From assembly GCF_009914755.1 (NCBI RefSeq), contig NC_060941.1: DNA of 64,000 bases; one strand, given 5' to 3'. The stretch is from the human T2T-CHM13v2.0 reference genome, Homo sapiens. Below, piece by piece: positions 1 to 20,270 of the stretch (position 1 is the stretch's first letter; each line of letters begins with the position of its first letter). The notes beneath the pieces are model-generated. The model worked only from the letters and a program-made list of their open reading frames with translations, made no database searches and was not told the origin of the DNA. The translations under genes were made by a program, and so were the position numbers.

Positions 1-879
1 TCCCAGTTCCTAAATTATTGGCTCTGAAAGTGGGGGCTGGGGGAGTGGGGAAAAGAGTGGAGATGCTGAGACTTTCCCATGTGTCCAGCTTCCAGAGGCT
101 TCCAGGACAGACTGTGGCACCATGGTTAGTAGCCAGGAGCAGGTTAGGGCATTATGGTACCTCCCCAAACAAAGCAGGGTGCTCCAGCTTCAGGCAGTCA
201 GGACCCCATCTGCTCAGTGAGTGTCTGGTCAGCACCCACTCAGGCCAGGCTGTGTGGCAAATACAAAAGAAGTTAAAAAAAAATAAAGACATTCCATTAT
301 TTCAATAGAAAGAATTTTTTAAAAATGTGTCACTGGAGGTACACTTGCTTTACATTTTTTGCTTTGGAAGATGTAGGGAAAAAAGTCATGAAATGTTTTC
401 ATTTCTCTGTGATTGAGCAGACTCTTAAAATATTAAACTATTGCTTAATAATTGATTAAAACTAATCTCTGTGGGAGCCAACCACCCATTTGGTAGGATC
501 TCTTTAAACTTTTAGGGGCTTTTAGCTCCCCCTGGCCGCCTAACCTTTCTCTTGTCTGATTCATTCTGGGCTCAGCAGACGTTTGGTCTCTTGTGGATTG
601 ATGATGTCAGGATGCTTCTGTCGGGCCGTGGGATGGCTGATGAGGCTGGATTCCGAACAAGGAACATCCTAGGGACACAGTGTCTGGAGAGGCAGTGAGG
701 GAAGAGGAAAGAAATGTCTGTGAATAATTGTACTGCAGCTTCTAAAACTCGGGACGGGAGTCAGAGAAAACAGCCCTGTGGCCTTCAGAGCCGCTTAAGT
801 TGTCTGTGACTTGAGTTTTTCCACACAATGACAATGGTGCCTGCCTCTCCATTTTCCCAGGAACGCTAAGCCATCGAGC

Positions 880-1085
880 AAAGTGGTTTAGAATGTGGGC
901 GCAGGCATCCGAGTGTCTGGCTTCAAAACTTCCCCAGCAAGTTACCGAATGTGTAACCTTGGACGCGCTTTTTATTTTCTCTATACCTCAGCTCCTTATC
1001 AATAAAATGAGGATAGTAATATTAATAGAAACCCTCTTCTGTGCAGATGAGGTGAGGCAATGCATGTAAAGTTCTTAGCACTGGC
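880..1085 (+). mobile_element. MIR relic
   Basis: TGTGTAACCTTGGAC...CCTCAG...TAAAATGAGGATAGTAAT...AATGCATGTAAAG. Confidence 0.6.
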
Positions 1086-1121
1086 CAGGGCTGGGCAAAG
1101 GCAGGGCTCACTATGCATTTA

Positions 1122-5113
<3,992 letters not shown>

Positions 5114-6439
5114 AGCCTTCGTTTTTTTCTTTCCTCTTTTTATCAGACCAATACAGGCAGGTGATTTTTTTAAAAGTCAGATTTTTAAAAAACCTGACAG
5201 TACAAAGAGGTTTATAAAGAAAAGGATTCCCTCCTGCTCCGCCTTTCTCATCCCCGGAGATAACCTCTTTTGACGGTTTCCGTTTTAAATCATGATGGTG
5301 GTCACCTCCTCAGGTCCAAATAATATGGCTACAGTGCTGTTGCTTGATTTATGGACCTTAGAAATGGCCCACCGATTTCCCGCTGCGATCGATGAGGACT
5401 CAGCTCGTCGGCACTGCCACTCCCAGCCCCAGTTCAGTTTCCGAGTCTACCTCTAGTTCGTCTGCTGCTTACTTGCTAACTTGGAATTCCATCTGAGACC
5501 CAGCCTGAGGCCGTCACCTGTGGGCAGCGTCTGCTCTCCTCCTTGGGGATGGAGGGTACCACCCTTCCTGGACCCTCCCATGGTTTCCTCAGCTCCTGTC
5601 TGCTTTTCTCTGCCAAAGTTGGAAGTTCTCTCATCCTGCTCTGCAGGGCAGCTGCCTCCATGCCTGGTGGGCAGAGCGGGTCTTTCACTCCACAGCGTGC
5701 GCTGAAGTGTTCGCAGCGGGTCCTGCACGGCCAGGCATGTCCTCCCCACGTTCCCAGCTGCGCACTGGACACACCCAAGTCACACTGGACCCTTCCTGAT
5801 GCGCCACCGCCACGGAGGGTCCAAACCACTTCCGGCTTTAGATGGCTTTCTGCTTGGCCCACGCCTTCCTCATGCTCACCCCACTTTGTGGGGAGTAGCA
5901 GCTGTGGCCCTAATGTGCCCCTGTGCCACCCTGACTTTAGGTCGTGGACTCTGTCCAGGCTTCTCCTCAAAGTTCACATCAGCATCTTCATATCTGGACC
6001 AAAACTTTCTGGCGCAGACTTTTGTTGTTTCTGGGTTTCTAATGGCCTTTTTTTTTTTTGGCGCTGCCTCGTTGGTTGTGCCCTGGAGTCCTGTCGCCTC
6101 GTGTACTTCAGCCTTCGGGTTGAGGCTGAGGTTCCTGTTGGACTGGGGGTGACTTTTGTCTGCCCACGTGGGTGGCAAGTGAGGAGCAGCATGGGGTTGG
6201 CTCTGGCCAGAGCCGAGATCTTCAGGGCAGTGGCCAAGCCCTGGGTGCAGGGGCCGCCCATGCCACCAACCTGACACCTCCACTTCCAGAAGGGGAAGCT
6301 GGTCCGAGTTTTATGGCCGTTGGCTGTCGAAACTGGACCCACAGAGCCAAGACCCTGTGCTGCGCCCGCTGCACCCTGAGCTGTCCAGAGGCCCAGCCCC
6401 TCCCTACACTGTGTCCTCCATGGCCCAGAAAGCACTTAT

Positions 6440-7235
6440 GCACATGCTCACACAACACACACACCACACTCAATCCACACACATCACACACTACACTCAA
6501 TCCATACACACCACACAGCACACACCAATCCACATACATACACCACGCTCAATCCACACACACTATACAGCACACGCCACACTCAACCACACCTCCCCCA
6601 CACACACCACACACAACACTCATACCTCACATCACACAACACGCTCAATCCACACACCACACACACTCACACCATGCTCAATCCACACACGCCACACACA
6701 ACACTCATACCACACATCACACACCACACTCAATCCACACACACCACACATCACACACTATACTCAATCCACACACACTACACAGTACACACCATGCTCA
6801 ATCCACACACCATATGCACATCACACTCAATCCACCTTCAATCCACACACACCACATACCACACTCAAATCCACATACTTACACCACACTCAATCCACAC
6901 ACACCACACACACTCATACCACCCTCAGCCACACACACCACACTCAAATCCACACACATCAAACACATACACACAACACACACACAACACACAACATTCC
7001 TACCACACACCACACATACATACCACGCACACACACACTCACACCACCCTCAAGCCACACACACACCACACATCACACACACACTACACACAACACTCAT
7101 GCCACACACATCATACACACCACTCAATTCACTCCCACACATTCACACACCACTTACACACACACCCCACACTCAATCCACACACACCACACACACTGAC
7201 ACACATACTACACACACAAACACACACACATACAC
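6440..7235 (+). repeat. Degenerate CA-rich tandem repeat (recurring CTCAATCCACACAC unit)
   Basis: ~800 bp of C/A-rich sequence with almost no G. Confidence 0.95.
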
Positions 7236-7640
7236 GGCATGTGCCCCTCTCCCTGGGCTGGTGGGAGCGGAGGCCCCTCGAGAGGAAGGCAGGCCCTGTG
7301 CCCAGGAGCATCCCGTCTGCAGAAGGAGTCTGCCCTCCAGCGGGAGGAGTGAGGTACCGAAGCCAGGGCCCCGTGAGACCCCGGCAGGTGGGCGGTGAGC
7401 GAGTTCGCAGGTGAGGAGGGCGTGGGCACTGCAGGGCAGCGGGGACAGCCTGTGGAGCCGCCAGGAACCAAGGCAGCAGGCCTGGATGCCGGGTGCAGGG
7501 GCTTGGGCTTCATGGAGACCAAAAGGGCTCTCTGGAGGGTCTTGAGAAGGAAAGGGCTGAGGCCAGACTCCAGCCTTCTTAGAGCTCGTCCTGGCTCTGG
7601 GTGGAGAATGGGCCTGGCAGGTGAGGGAGCTGCCTAAAGG

Positions 7641-7742
7641 CAGTGTGCGCTGAGGCCGCTGGCCAGGGACCTGGACCACCTGCCATGGAACAGTGCGTAC
7701 TGAGGCCGCTGGCCAGGGACCTGGACCACCCGCCGTGGACAG
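7641..7742 (+). repeat. 50-bp tandem duplication
   Basis: CAGTG...TGAGGCCGCTGGCCAGGGACCTGGACCACC...GGA at 7641 and 7691. Confidence 0.9.
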
Positions 7743-7936
7743 TTACACTGCTTCCCTCACCCATCCTCTGGTGACACATCCTCCGGTGACACATCCTCTG
7801 GCTGCTGTTAGAGATGGAATTTCACTCGGTCAGGCCTGGGGCAAACCACTCAGAGGACACAGGGGGCCAAGGGAGCCCAGGCAACTTCCTCGATTCGCAC
7901 CTCTGTACGGGGGATCCAGGTCACTCTATTTTCTCA

Positions 7937-8296
<360 letters not shown>

Positions 8297-8802
8297 TCAC
8301 CACGTTGGCCAGACTGGTCTTGAGCTCAGGTGATTTGCCCACCTCAGCCTCCCAAAGTGCTGAGATTACAGGTGTGAGCCACCGCGCCTGGGCCCTTTCT
8401 AGTCTTCTTAAAATTCAGTTTTCTGTCAAGAGCAGCAACCCAACTGTAAATTACTGTGGTCAGGGACTAAGTCACCTTGGTGTCATCCTGGTGTCACCCT
8501 GATGTCACCCTCGTGCCCCAGCACCTAGCATGGCGCCAAATTGGTTTTTGCAGCAAGAATAAGTGAGTATGGCACTTACAATGGAAAAAAACCCAATAGA
8601 CTTTATTTAATTAAAAACATTAACTTTCTCTGGCAGTCAAGGTTGGAGCCACCCGGGAGAGCCGGGCGTGGCAAACACACAGGCCCGTCTGGAAAGCTCT
8701 GCCAGCGGGGCTCCTGACCCAGGTCCAGCAAAAGCAGCTCAAGGTCAGCCTCAGGGCCTGACATCTCCCAGGAAGAATCCAAAACACCCCCGCTCCTCAG
8801 CA

Positions 8803-8885
8803 GCACTGTCCTCACTTGCACACCGTCCTCGCCTGCGCACCGTCCTCGCCTACGCACCGTCCTCGCCTGCGCACTGTCCTGCGCC
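8803..8885 (+). repeat. ~17-bp minisatellite GCAC(C/T)GTCCTCGCCT(G/A)C, 4-5 copies
   Basis: Direct reading. Confidence 0.85.
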
Positions 8886-9133
8886 CTCCCAACCTGCACT
8901 TAGCAAGGTCATGCCCTGAGGTTTCAGAACAAATCCAACTTTCAGGACAATTTGACTAGAAAATACAGGCCAAAAATCCACCCTGGGATCTTTGCTGCAG
9001 TATAGATTTTCTTGTTTTTGCCCTGAACGAGTCAGTTAACGATTCAGATTAACAAGAGATCTGAGCCTGGGAGTATCTGGGAGTCATAGAGAGAACAGCT
9101 ACGGGCCAGGGCCATTAGCCAAGGGGCTGCTGA

Positions 9134-9975
<842 letters not shown>

Positions 9976-10036
9976 TGAGCCACTATGCCCGGCCCTGGAA
10001 CGTACATTTTCTTAGCAGAACTTATTAAGAACATAA

Positions 10037-10428
<392 letters not shown>

Positions 10429-10847
10429 TAGGTATTTATATTTAATAGTTGAGGGAATATCGAATGTTTCTTTTTAATAGATGCTAAGCAGGATAGTTAG
10501 TAACCGACATGTTTAATATTCAAAGTTAAAATACTTGAGAACAAGTATTAGGTATATAGGAAAATGGAATGGAAGTTTCTCCACGTTTGTCTTTCCATAG
10601 CCAAAAGAGGCAGAAACTTTTCTTCTGAGTCTCTCAGAAGAAATTCCAAGAAGACTAGAAGCCGCTGGCATGAAGAGTAAACGTCTAACTATCAAAACCA
10701 TGGCACGAAAGCCGGGGGCCCCTGTAGAAACTGCAAAATTTGGAGGCCGTGGAATTTGTGATAATATTGCCAGGTGAGCACATCTCAAAAATGATATTGG
10801 CAATTATATTTCAGTATAGGTTGTTATAACTAACAGAAATGAAGAAA

Positions 10848-11202
10848 ACCCGCGAGCCGGGACCGCGGGGGAAGGTGTCCCCGGCGTTTGCCGCCTGCCG
10901 AGCGGTTCGGTTCTCGGCTCCCTGGCAGCCGGCCTTCAGGTCGGGCGTCTTCGTTGGTGACTTCTGCTTTGGCCCTCCCGGTGTGGCCGCTGGTTGGGCT
11001 GCACTGCTGTGACCCATCATCATCTCCTGAAGCTGCATCCTGTCCTGACTTGCCTCCACGCTTGCACACTGAGAAATGCAGCACGTTGATTCACTTGCTT
11101 AAGGAATGTCACACAAATCACAGCATTCTGAAATTTCTTGGTCATTGTAACCATCTTGATTGGGAGATGAGAAAATGCCTGAAGAAGGAGTACATAGAAA
11201 AG
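10848..11202 (+). pseudogene. Processed, 3'-truncated CMC2 (C16orf61, twin-CX9C COX assembly factor) pseudogene
   Basis: Frame reads [53 protein letters not shown], matching recalled CMC2 ([55 protein letters not shown]) with both CX9C motifs. The ATG is changed to CTG (~11033), there is a 5-nt TGTCC insertion and a GC-rich 5'UTR-like leader. It is intronless and ends at an Alu. Confidence 0.85.
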
Positions 11203-12853
11203 AGTTCTGGCCAGGCACGGCAGCTCACGCCTGTAATCCCAGCACTTTGGGAGGCCGAGGCAGGCAGATCACGAGGTCAGGAGTTCAAGACCAGTCTGGC
11301 CAAGATGGCAAAACCCCATCTCTACTAAAAATACAAAAAAATTAGCCAGGCATGGTGGCACACGCCTGTAATCCCAGCTACTCTGGAGGCTGAGGCAGAG
11401 AATTGCTTAAACCTGGAGGGGTGAAGGTTGCAGTGAGCTGAGATCATGCCACTGCACTCCAGCCTGGGTGACAGAGCAAGACTCCGTCTCAAAAAAAAAA
11501 AAAAAAAAAAAAAAGAGTTCAAGACCAGCCTGGCCAACATGGCGAAACCCTGTCTCTACTAAAAATTAGCTGGGCGTAGTGGTGCGCACCTGGAGTCATT
11601 CCCCAGAGCTGGAGGTGGGTCCTGAATCACCACAGGCCTCATGGATGTCCCGCTCTCCCCTGTGTCCTGAGTCTCTGACGGTCAGGCCCCAGCACCCAGC
11701 CAGGCCTCCTCTGAGGAATGGCCACAATGGCAGGTTTGGAAAGCGGCCCAGACATCACAGATTTCTGTAATAATTCGAGATCATTTGGGGTCCAGCTCCC
11801 AGGCACTGTCTCACTTCATTCCCGAAGTGTGAAACTGTGATATTAGGAATTTGAATACAGCCAGTCCCTCCTGACTGCTGGCGCCTGTCCTTTCAGGAGG
11901 GTGACGCAGGCCACTCCGCATCAGGGTGGATAACTCTGGGACCTGTTTTTTAACCCTTGATATTTACCGACTTTGGTCAGTTCACCAATCCCCAGTCTCA
12001 AATTTGCGAAAGTAAATGCTATGCCCTTTTCATAGAGCTGTCATCCATAAAAACTGCCACTGTGTTCCCTCACTCTGTCCCCCAATGAGCCCTGCAGCAG
12101 GTGGCCTGCTGCCACGCTGGGAGGTGCTCTGAGGACAAGCCCATGCGTGCTGGTGACAGCTGCAGCCCCTTCCCTCTGTGGTCCTGCCTGGCTGCTGGTC
12201 CAGAGCCCCTTCCCCAGCCCAGGATGGCTCTCCATCCCTTTGGGTGCCTGAGAGAGCAAACACCTGGTCTCATATCACCGGCAGTTGTGGACTGGCTGGA
12301 CGGTGCTGAGAGCGGGAAGGAAAGAGGGGCAGAGGGCATCTGAGCCTGGATTCCTGCTCTTTCTGCCAGCTCTGACCTGGACCCACACCTCCTCCCAGCC
12401 CCCATCCAAAGCAGAGAGGAGGCACAATCAGAAAGGGAAAAGTAAAAGAGGAAAGAGGGGTGCAAGGACCAAAGAGGCACGCTTCAGGTACCACAAAGTG
12501 ATGAGGCTGCACCCCAAACCCCATCACCATAATCATCTGCTATGGACTGAGCATGTTCATCTGTCCACCACTGCATCTGGCTCTCTGTATAAATTATCTC
12601 ACATACAGAAGCAGGTCACAGCCCACCTTGTGCCTCCCCTCTCTTCTCTGCTGCCCCCTTGCAATCATGCAAACTCATCGTCCATCTTAAAAATACGGCT
12701 GGAATGGGGAGCATACCCCTTCAAATATCAGTCTCTTAATTGAAAGATGTGCAAAGACACAGTTCGTACTCAATGCTTCATTCTGTTAATTTCTGCATTG
12801 TTGTCTATTTGTAAAGTTCTGTGTTCATAACAAACTCTTTTTTAATGTTATGA

Positions 12854-13222
<369 letters not shown>

Positions 13223-13764
13223 TGAGCAAGAGGTAGATTTTAGGTCTGCAACACAGCACATGCCCTTGACAAGCTCACAAACTTGTAGGAGGGATAGGCC
13301 TAGACCTGTAGACCATGTGTAGGAGGGACCAGGCATAGCTCCCAGGGAGGGGGCTGCCCATAAGGTGGTCCTCTTGTCCAAAGTGAAATGGCTCATATGA
13401 CGCAGCCTCCACTGTTCTGAATTCTGCCTCTAAAGAACCCAGAAAATGCTGTCCCGCAAGAGGATTCCTTAGGTAATGACTTGAGTCCATGAGTTCTCCT
13501 AGAAGCATTTCTCAAGTTAGACTGAAGAAAACATTTTCTTTTGAGCCAAACTTCCTTTCATTGGTATAATCCTATATAGGTAGCCAAAGCCCTTTTACTT
13601 GTATCATCTACTTTTATTCTTACAACAACCTTAGGGAGTGGGTAGGAAAAAAACCTACTCTCACCCCATCTCACAAATAAGGGAAATTACAAGGGTATTG
13701 AGTGGTGAATTTTGGGAAAGAAAATCTGTTCCTTGTCCAGAAATTCATTTATTCATTTATCTTT

Positions 13765-14140
13765 GCATCCATCCATGCATCCATCCATCTACCCACCCAC
13801 CCATCCACCCATCCATCCACCCATCCACCCTTCCACACGTTCACCCATCCATCCATCCATCCACCCATACATCCATCTACCCACCCATTCATCCATTCAA
13901 CCATTCATCTATCCACCCATCCACCCACCCATCCATCCACTCATCTATCCATCCATCCATCCATCCATCCATCCATCCATCCATCCATCCATCCACCTAC
14001 CCACCCATCCATCCACCCACCCATTCAACCATTTATCCACCCATTAAACCATCCATCTACTCATCCATCCATCCACCCATCCATCTATCCATTCACCCAC
14101 TCATCCACCATCCACATTCATCCAACCATCCATCCTCCAT
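13765..14140 (+). repeat. (CCAT/CCAC)n tetranucleotide repeat
   Basis: Direct reading; pure (CCAT)n core at ~13948-13996. Confidence 0.95.
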
Positions 14141-15689
14141 ATATGTGTTGGGTGGGTCCCTATTAACCAGTCCCAGGGCTATATGCTGGAGGACGAAGGA
14201 GGCCCTAGCTTTCAGATAACTCCCAGTCTGGAATGTTTGGATCCTGGAGATTATGGCAGTGGCTCATTTTCTCCTTAACAACTCAATATTATTACCTTAC
14301 CCAAATACAGTCTGAGGACAGGCAAAGCAGGAAGCAGATTCCTTTCGTTGGATTTGGGGTGTGGGTGCAGCTGCAAGCAGTAAGGCACAGAGAAGAATAC
14401 TGGTGTCCCATAAGCCCCTGAGGGTCACCACACTAAGTGCTGGGTCGTAAGTTGTATCAAATGTACTGCCTGAGCCTTTAGTCAATCCTGTGAGAGGATT
14501 TCTGGTCTCTCCCTCAACACTAAGAGGTAGCAAATCTTCTCTTGATGGATTAATGGATCTAAGAGTCACGAGGGCTCCTGATTTATAGCCTGCATTCACG
14601 TCTGCCCTCTGCATAGCCTGGCAGAATCTTAGAGGAAAGTTCTTGGGCAGCAGGGTCAAGTAAAGGTTGTTATTTTAAAGAGAGGGGAGAACATTGTGTC
14701 AACACAGGAAGGATGTCATGAAGAATGGGACTTGGCAGTTCCCTGCGGCTGGGAGGAGGGTCCACATAGTACGACAGCTCTCTGCCTTCCCAATCCAGTC
14801 ACTCATCCCTTTTAGAGCTCAGACTCTGGCAAACAGACTCATAATAACCCAACTCACAAGAGACTGAATGATGGCAATGTGCTTCTTCCTAGTAGGAGGT
14901 AGGTTCCCAGATCTGCAGCCAGGGCCTCTGGCCTGCAGTAGGTCATCCCCACTGGAGCCGAGCCAGGAAAGAAGAGCCTTTCATGTATGTTACCACATGT
15001 AAGCCTCTTACAGCCAACTCCTTAAGGAGCTATGACTGAGGTTCACTGAAGGGGCAGGAAGTATCCCAACGTGGCCCAGCTTGCCAGAGAAGAGCTGGAC
15101 TTTAACTCAGGCCCAGGGCTATTTCCCGGCCTGCCTTCCTTCTTCTCTACCTGGCCCAGTGGCCCACCATAGCCTAGTTGTTAGACCCTAGAGGTCAATA
15201 AACCTAGTCTCTTCCCTGGAGACTGAACTGTAGTCCAGAATTGAGATTGTGCGTATGTGACATGTGATTCCTGGATACATAAGACAACACACAGAGCAGA
15301 GGGATTGATCCTTACATTTTCGCAGTCAGGGAGATGCTGAGCTGTGTCTCTGACGGTGAATATAGAATTGTAACCAAGGGAGCTGATGTTCTCAGGAGAT
15401 GTTTGCAGCCGGGTGGAGAAGCTCAGTGCATGCTTTTGGGGCTACTTCTGGTTAAATAATAGAGAATAAGTGAGCCCACAATGTAGAGATAATGTGAGCG
15501 AGTGTTTTGTTGCGTAAGGATGTGAGAGTCTGAGGGTGTGTGGCGTGGATGCAGAATGTGAGATTATTGCAGAGAGTGAGGCTGAGGAGGCTGCAGCGCA
15601 GGCTTGGGGGATAATTGGAGGATGCAGTTCCCAGGGAGAGAAAGAAGGAGTCCAGTCATGGTTAGAAACACCAAATGATTGTACTCATT

Positions 15690-16200
15690 ATTTCTGGCTC
15701 AGTAGCAAATTACTCCCAAACTTAGTGACTTGAAACAACTTTGGTTATTATGGCACAGATTTGGCAGGTCAGGAATCTGGCTGGGAGAGCTGGTCCCTCT
15801 GCTCCGTGTCCCCCCAAGGCCGTGGTCATCTCAAGGCCCCTCTGGGAAGGACCCTCTTTCAAGCTCATTCACACGGCTGCTGGTGGGTTTCAGTTCCTTG
15901 CAGGCCGCTGGACCGAAGCCTCCCTGGGTTCCTTGCCATGGAGGCTGCCCCGTAGAGCATCACACAACACGGCAGCTTGTGTTGTCAGAGCACGCAATCA
16001 GGAGGGCCAAAAGAGAGGGGACCAGTAAGGCGGAGAGTGACAGCAGGATGGAAGTCATAGCCATCCGTAACTTAGCCATGGAAATGGCATCCCATCAGCT
16101 TTGCTGCAGTCTCTTCCTAGAAGCAAGCCACTAGGTCCAGCCCACGCTCAAGGTATGAGCAGCAGGAATGGGACCACTGGGGCCTGTCAGAAGCTGCCTG
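15690..16200 (-). mobile_element. MLT1-type MaLR LTR relic
   Basis: CAAATTACTCCCAAACTTAGTGACTTGAAACAAC...GTCAGGAATCTGG...TAGAAGCAAGCCACTAGGTCCAGCCCAC resembles antisense MLT1. Confidence 0.6.
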
Positions 16201-16229
16201 GCAAAACGACTAAACAGGAATCAAGCATT

Positions 16230-16440
16230 TGCTGTGTGGTGGACACCAGCTAAGCCTTTTATGTGCACTCTGTGCTATGACCCTTCACAAAGCCCTACCA
16301 GGAAGAGGTCCTGTTATTATTCTCATTTCATAGATGAGGACATTGAGGCTCAGAGAGGTTGGGTAACCTGCTCAAGGTCACACAGCCAGAGAACAGCAGA
16401 GCTGGAACATGAACCCAGGCCTGCTGACTACAAAGCCAGG
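16230..16440 (-). mobile_element. MIR relic
   Basis: CTCATTTCATAGATGAGGACATTGAGGCTCAGAGAGGTTGGGTAACCTGCTCAAGGTCACACAGC core. Confidence 0.75.
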
Positions 16441-17049
16441 ACCTCTCCAAAGCAGAGGTCTCCCTGTCCTCCCTTGCGAGCTTGGACAGGAAGTGGGGCG
16501 AGGTGGGGCCGGGAAAGCCGCCTTCCCAGCCAGCCTGCCTGCCCTCTGGCTCCACCGTCTCTGATCTTTTTCCACTGTCTTTGCTCGTTTGACTTTTCCC
16601 CTGTTGTTCCTACTTTCTTCATCCAAACAAATCCTGTCTGCTCACATTTCAATCTTCCAGCTGGGTGCCAGCCAGAGTCCTCCCTTCCCTTGAATATGCA
16701 AGATTGGCATGCCCCATGCAGATTTGCCACAAGCAGAGTGGGCTGCTGCCTCCGCATGGAGCAGGGGGCACCAGGGGACTCTCTTGCTGTCCCCAGTATC
16801 TCCCGAATGGCCTGCCCCCACGCCTGGGTGGTCACCATTAGCAATCGCTTCATTTGGGTTATAGCAGCGAGGATGCTGGCGGTTCCTGCTGAAACCAGGG
16901 GAGGCAGAAGCAGCAGGCAGGGAGGCCTTTCCCTACGCACACCTGAGACTCCCAGATTGCTTTGGTAGCCAACAGCCAGCTGGGAGCTGGGCCTCAAGGA
17001 GTTGGGATATAGGACAGGTCACTTTAAAAAAAAAAAAAAGTGTGGTAAG

Positions 17050-18135
<1,086 letters not shown>

Positions 18136-20084
18136 CAGGACAAGTCACTTGGTGATGAACCAAGAAGGGGACAGGTGTGGAGGGTGGGGCTGCTGGAGCT
18201 GCCAGCCTTGGAGGGAAAAGCAGAGTGGGGGGTGGTGGGCTGGAGGAGGTCCGGAGCCTGGGGGAGGTGCAGGGGAGGGAGTAGGGAGTGGGGATGAGGT
18301 GGGCAGCAGCAGGGATATCTGTAGGAGACGCTGCCTTCCCATGATACCACCTGCCTTGGGCAGAACTATGTTTTCTCCGTAACTGGGGTCTCCCCAGCAT
18401 TCCAAAGAGGTAGGGATATTTGGGGAACCTGAGAGCTGTCAAGAAACAGCTGTCAGGCAGCCGAACCTAGACTTGCTGGCCCATATTCAGGATTGCTTCC
18501 AAGGTCGGGATCAGCCAAGCCTGGCGGGAAAGAGGCAAATGCTGGTCACTGTCTGGCAATGCATGATGTGGCAAAGGGACTGGGCTGCTGTGATACAGAG
18601 CACTGCTCATATGCATGGGTCAGCTAATGCCTGGTAACAAACAGGACCTCAGGGGCTGCACTAGCACTCAGGGCTTAGCAAGTTTCTGTATTGGCCAGTT
18701 ATTGGCACAATAATGATGAATGCCAAACCAGTCCCAAGCTCGGGGGCTAGCTCAGCATCACTGATTTCCTGGGCCTGTGGCTGGCATGGCTCTGCCTCAC
18801 ACCACAGATTGGGCTGGGTCTCCCACCCTCCTGGGCTCGCTCGGCTTACTGAGGCAGCTTCTTGTCCTGGTGACGGCAGAGGCAACAGAAGGCAAGCCCA
18901 CCCACGCACGCACGTCTGCAAGCCCCTGGCTTTGCTCTGCCTGTCTTGCTGGCCAAAGCTAGCCTCAAGGCCACACTGGACGTCCAGGGTCAGGGAAGCA
19001 GATTCTGCCTATGTGGGAGGAGCTGCAAGTCACATGACAGAGGGCAGGGACACAGGGAGGGGTGAGAATTGGGGCAAAGCTGCCACCTTTCTGGAATGTT
19101 CCAAAAGAAGATGGACGACTACTGCTCCTCGGCCCTGGAAGGGAGAGTTCTTTTTTCCCCACTATAAAGTTTTCTGATTCCAATTCCAAAATGCTATGAC
19201 TCTTAATCAATGCCTGATGAACCATACTTGAGCAAACATAATTTATTCTCTGTCAAGATCATCCTGAGGGGATCGGGTGTCTTTGTTTCCCTCCTAAATC
19301 CCCTGCGAATTCATCTTTTTTATTCCAGGCTTACTAGGAAATAAAAGATTTTGTCTGAGGGCTGATGGGTATTAGCAGAGCTATATGGAGCTTGAGTTGA
19401 AACTTGGAATGTTTGTGGATCAAAACCGAGCTGTGCTGGCAGCGTCTGGGAGGAGGGTGCACTCGCTGAAACTCTGCCCGAGTTGTGGCTGTCAGCTGCC
19501 TCGACTGCCAGACCAGACTCGCTGTTTTGGGGCCGGGTGGGGGGGACGGCGGGGGGAGTGTTGTTACGGATTGTGCTGGAAGGTTTTCTTGCTCTTGGCT
19601 TTTTTGGTGAAGGGCCTGGATTACTGCAGAAAATCCAGCTTATGTGTCCAAGGGCAAAGCAGGCCTGTTTATCTTTAACTTTTACATGCTTCACACATCT
19701 CCTGAGGTTTGACTCTAAGCAGGATTTGTGTCTTCCCTGATGCAAGAAAACAGGAGGCAGGCGCTGAGCTTGCAGGAGGCCACACAGCCAGTGCACAGCT
19801 TGCCATATGCTTAACGTGGCTCTGAGAAGAGAGGGTTGTTTTTTTAATATTAAAAATGGCTATGGGAAAATCTGCCCTAATGCTATTAAGCAGTGCTGAT
19901 ATGAGATGTGTGTGGCTGTAACTTTCTGATTGGATTTGGGATCTAGGCTGCAGCCAGCCAGACGCTGGAGACACATTCCTGAGCCACCTCAGCCCTTGCC
20001 TCTTTGCCGAGCTGCGGCTATTCTTTGGGGCACGCAGGTAGATGCAGAGAGACTGAAGTCTTCAGAGGTGGGTGTGCACAGAAG

Positions 20085-20270
20085 AGTGATTCCCAGATCA
20101 GGGAAGACTTTGGCCCCCAGATGACATTTGGCAAAGTCTAGAGGCCTTTTCAATTGTCACAATTGGGAGGAGGGAGGTACAGTAGCATCTGGTAGATAGA
20201 GGCCAGGGACGCTGCTCGACGCCTACAGCAGATGGACTCACAGCCAAGAATCATCTGCCCCTAACATTAT
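20085..20270. mobile_element. MER20 (hAT-Charlie) fragment
   Basis: GACATTTGGCAAAGTCTAGAG...TTGTCACAATTGGG...GCATCTGGTAGATAGAGGCCAGGGACGCTGCT. Confidence 0.7.

Noticed and set aside
5543-6435. Overlapping 135-243-aa ORFs, including a basic Lys/Arg-rich one that resembled a ribosomal-protein pseudogene
   Set aside because: No match to any ribosomal protein I can recall, and no poly(A) or TSD. GC-rich sequence gives such ORFs by chance.
6172-7414. Long His/Thr/Pro-rich ORFs (408, 280 and 246 aa)
   Set aside because: They are translations of the CA-rich repeat, which lacks stop codons because of its composition. Several frames are open at once.
13638-14219. HPSI-repeat ORFs
   Set aside because: Artefact of the (CCAT)n repeat.
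16168-16997. 266-aa plus and 189-aa minus ORFs
   Set aside because: They run through MLT/MIR relics, have no recognisable domain and lack splice or promoter support.
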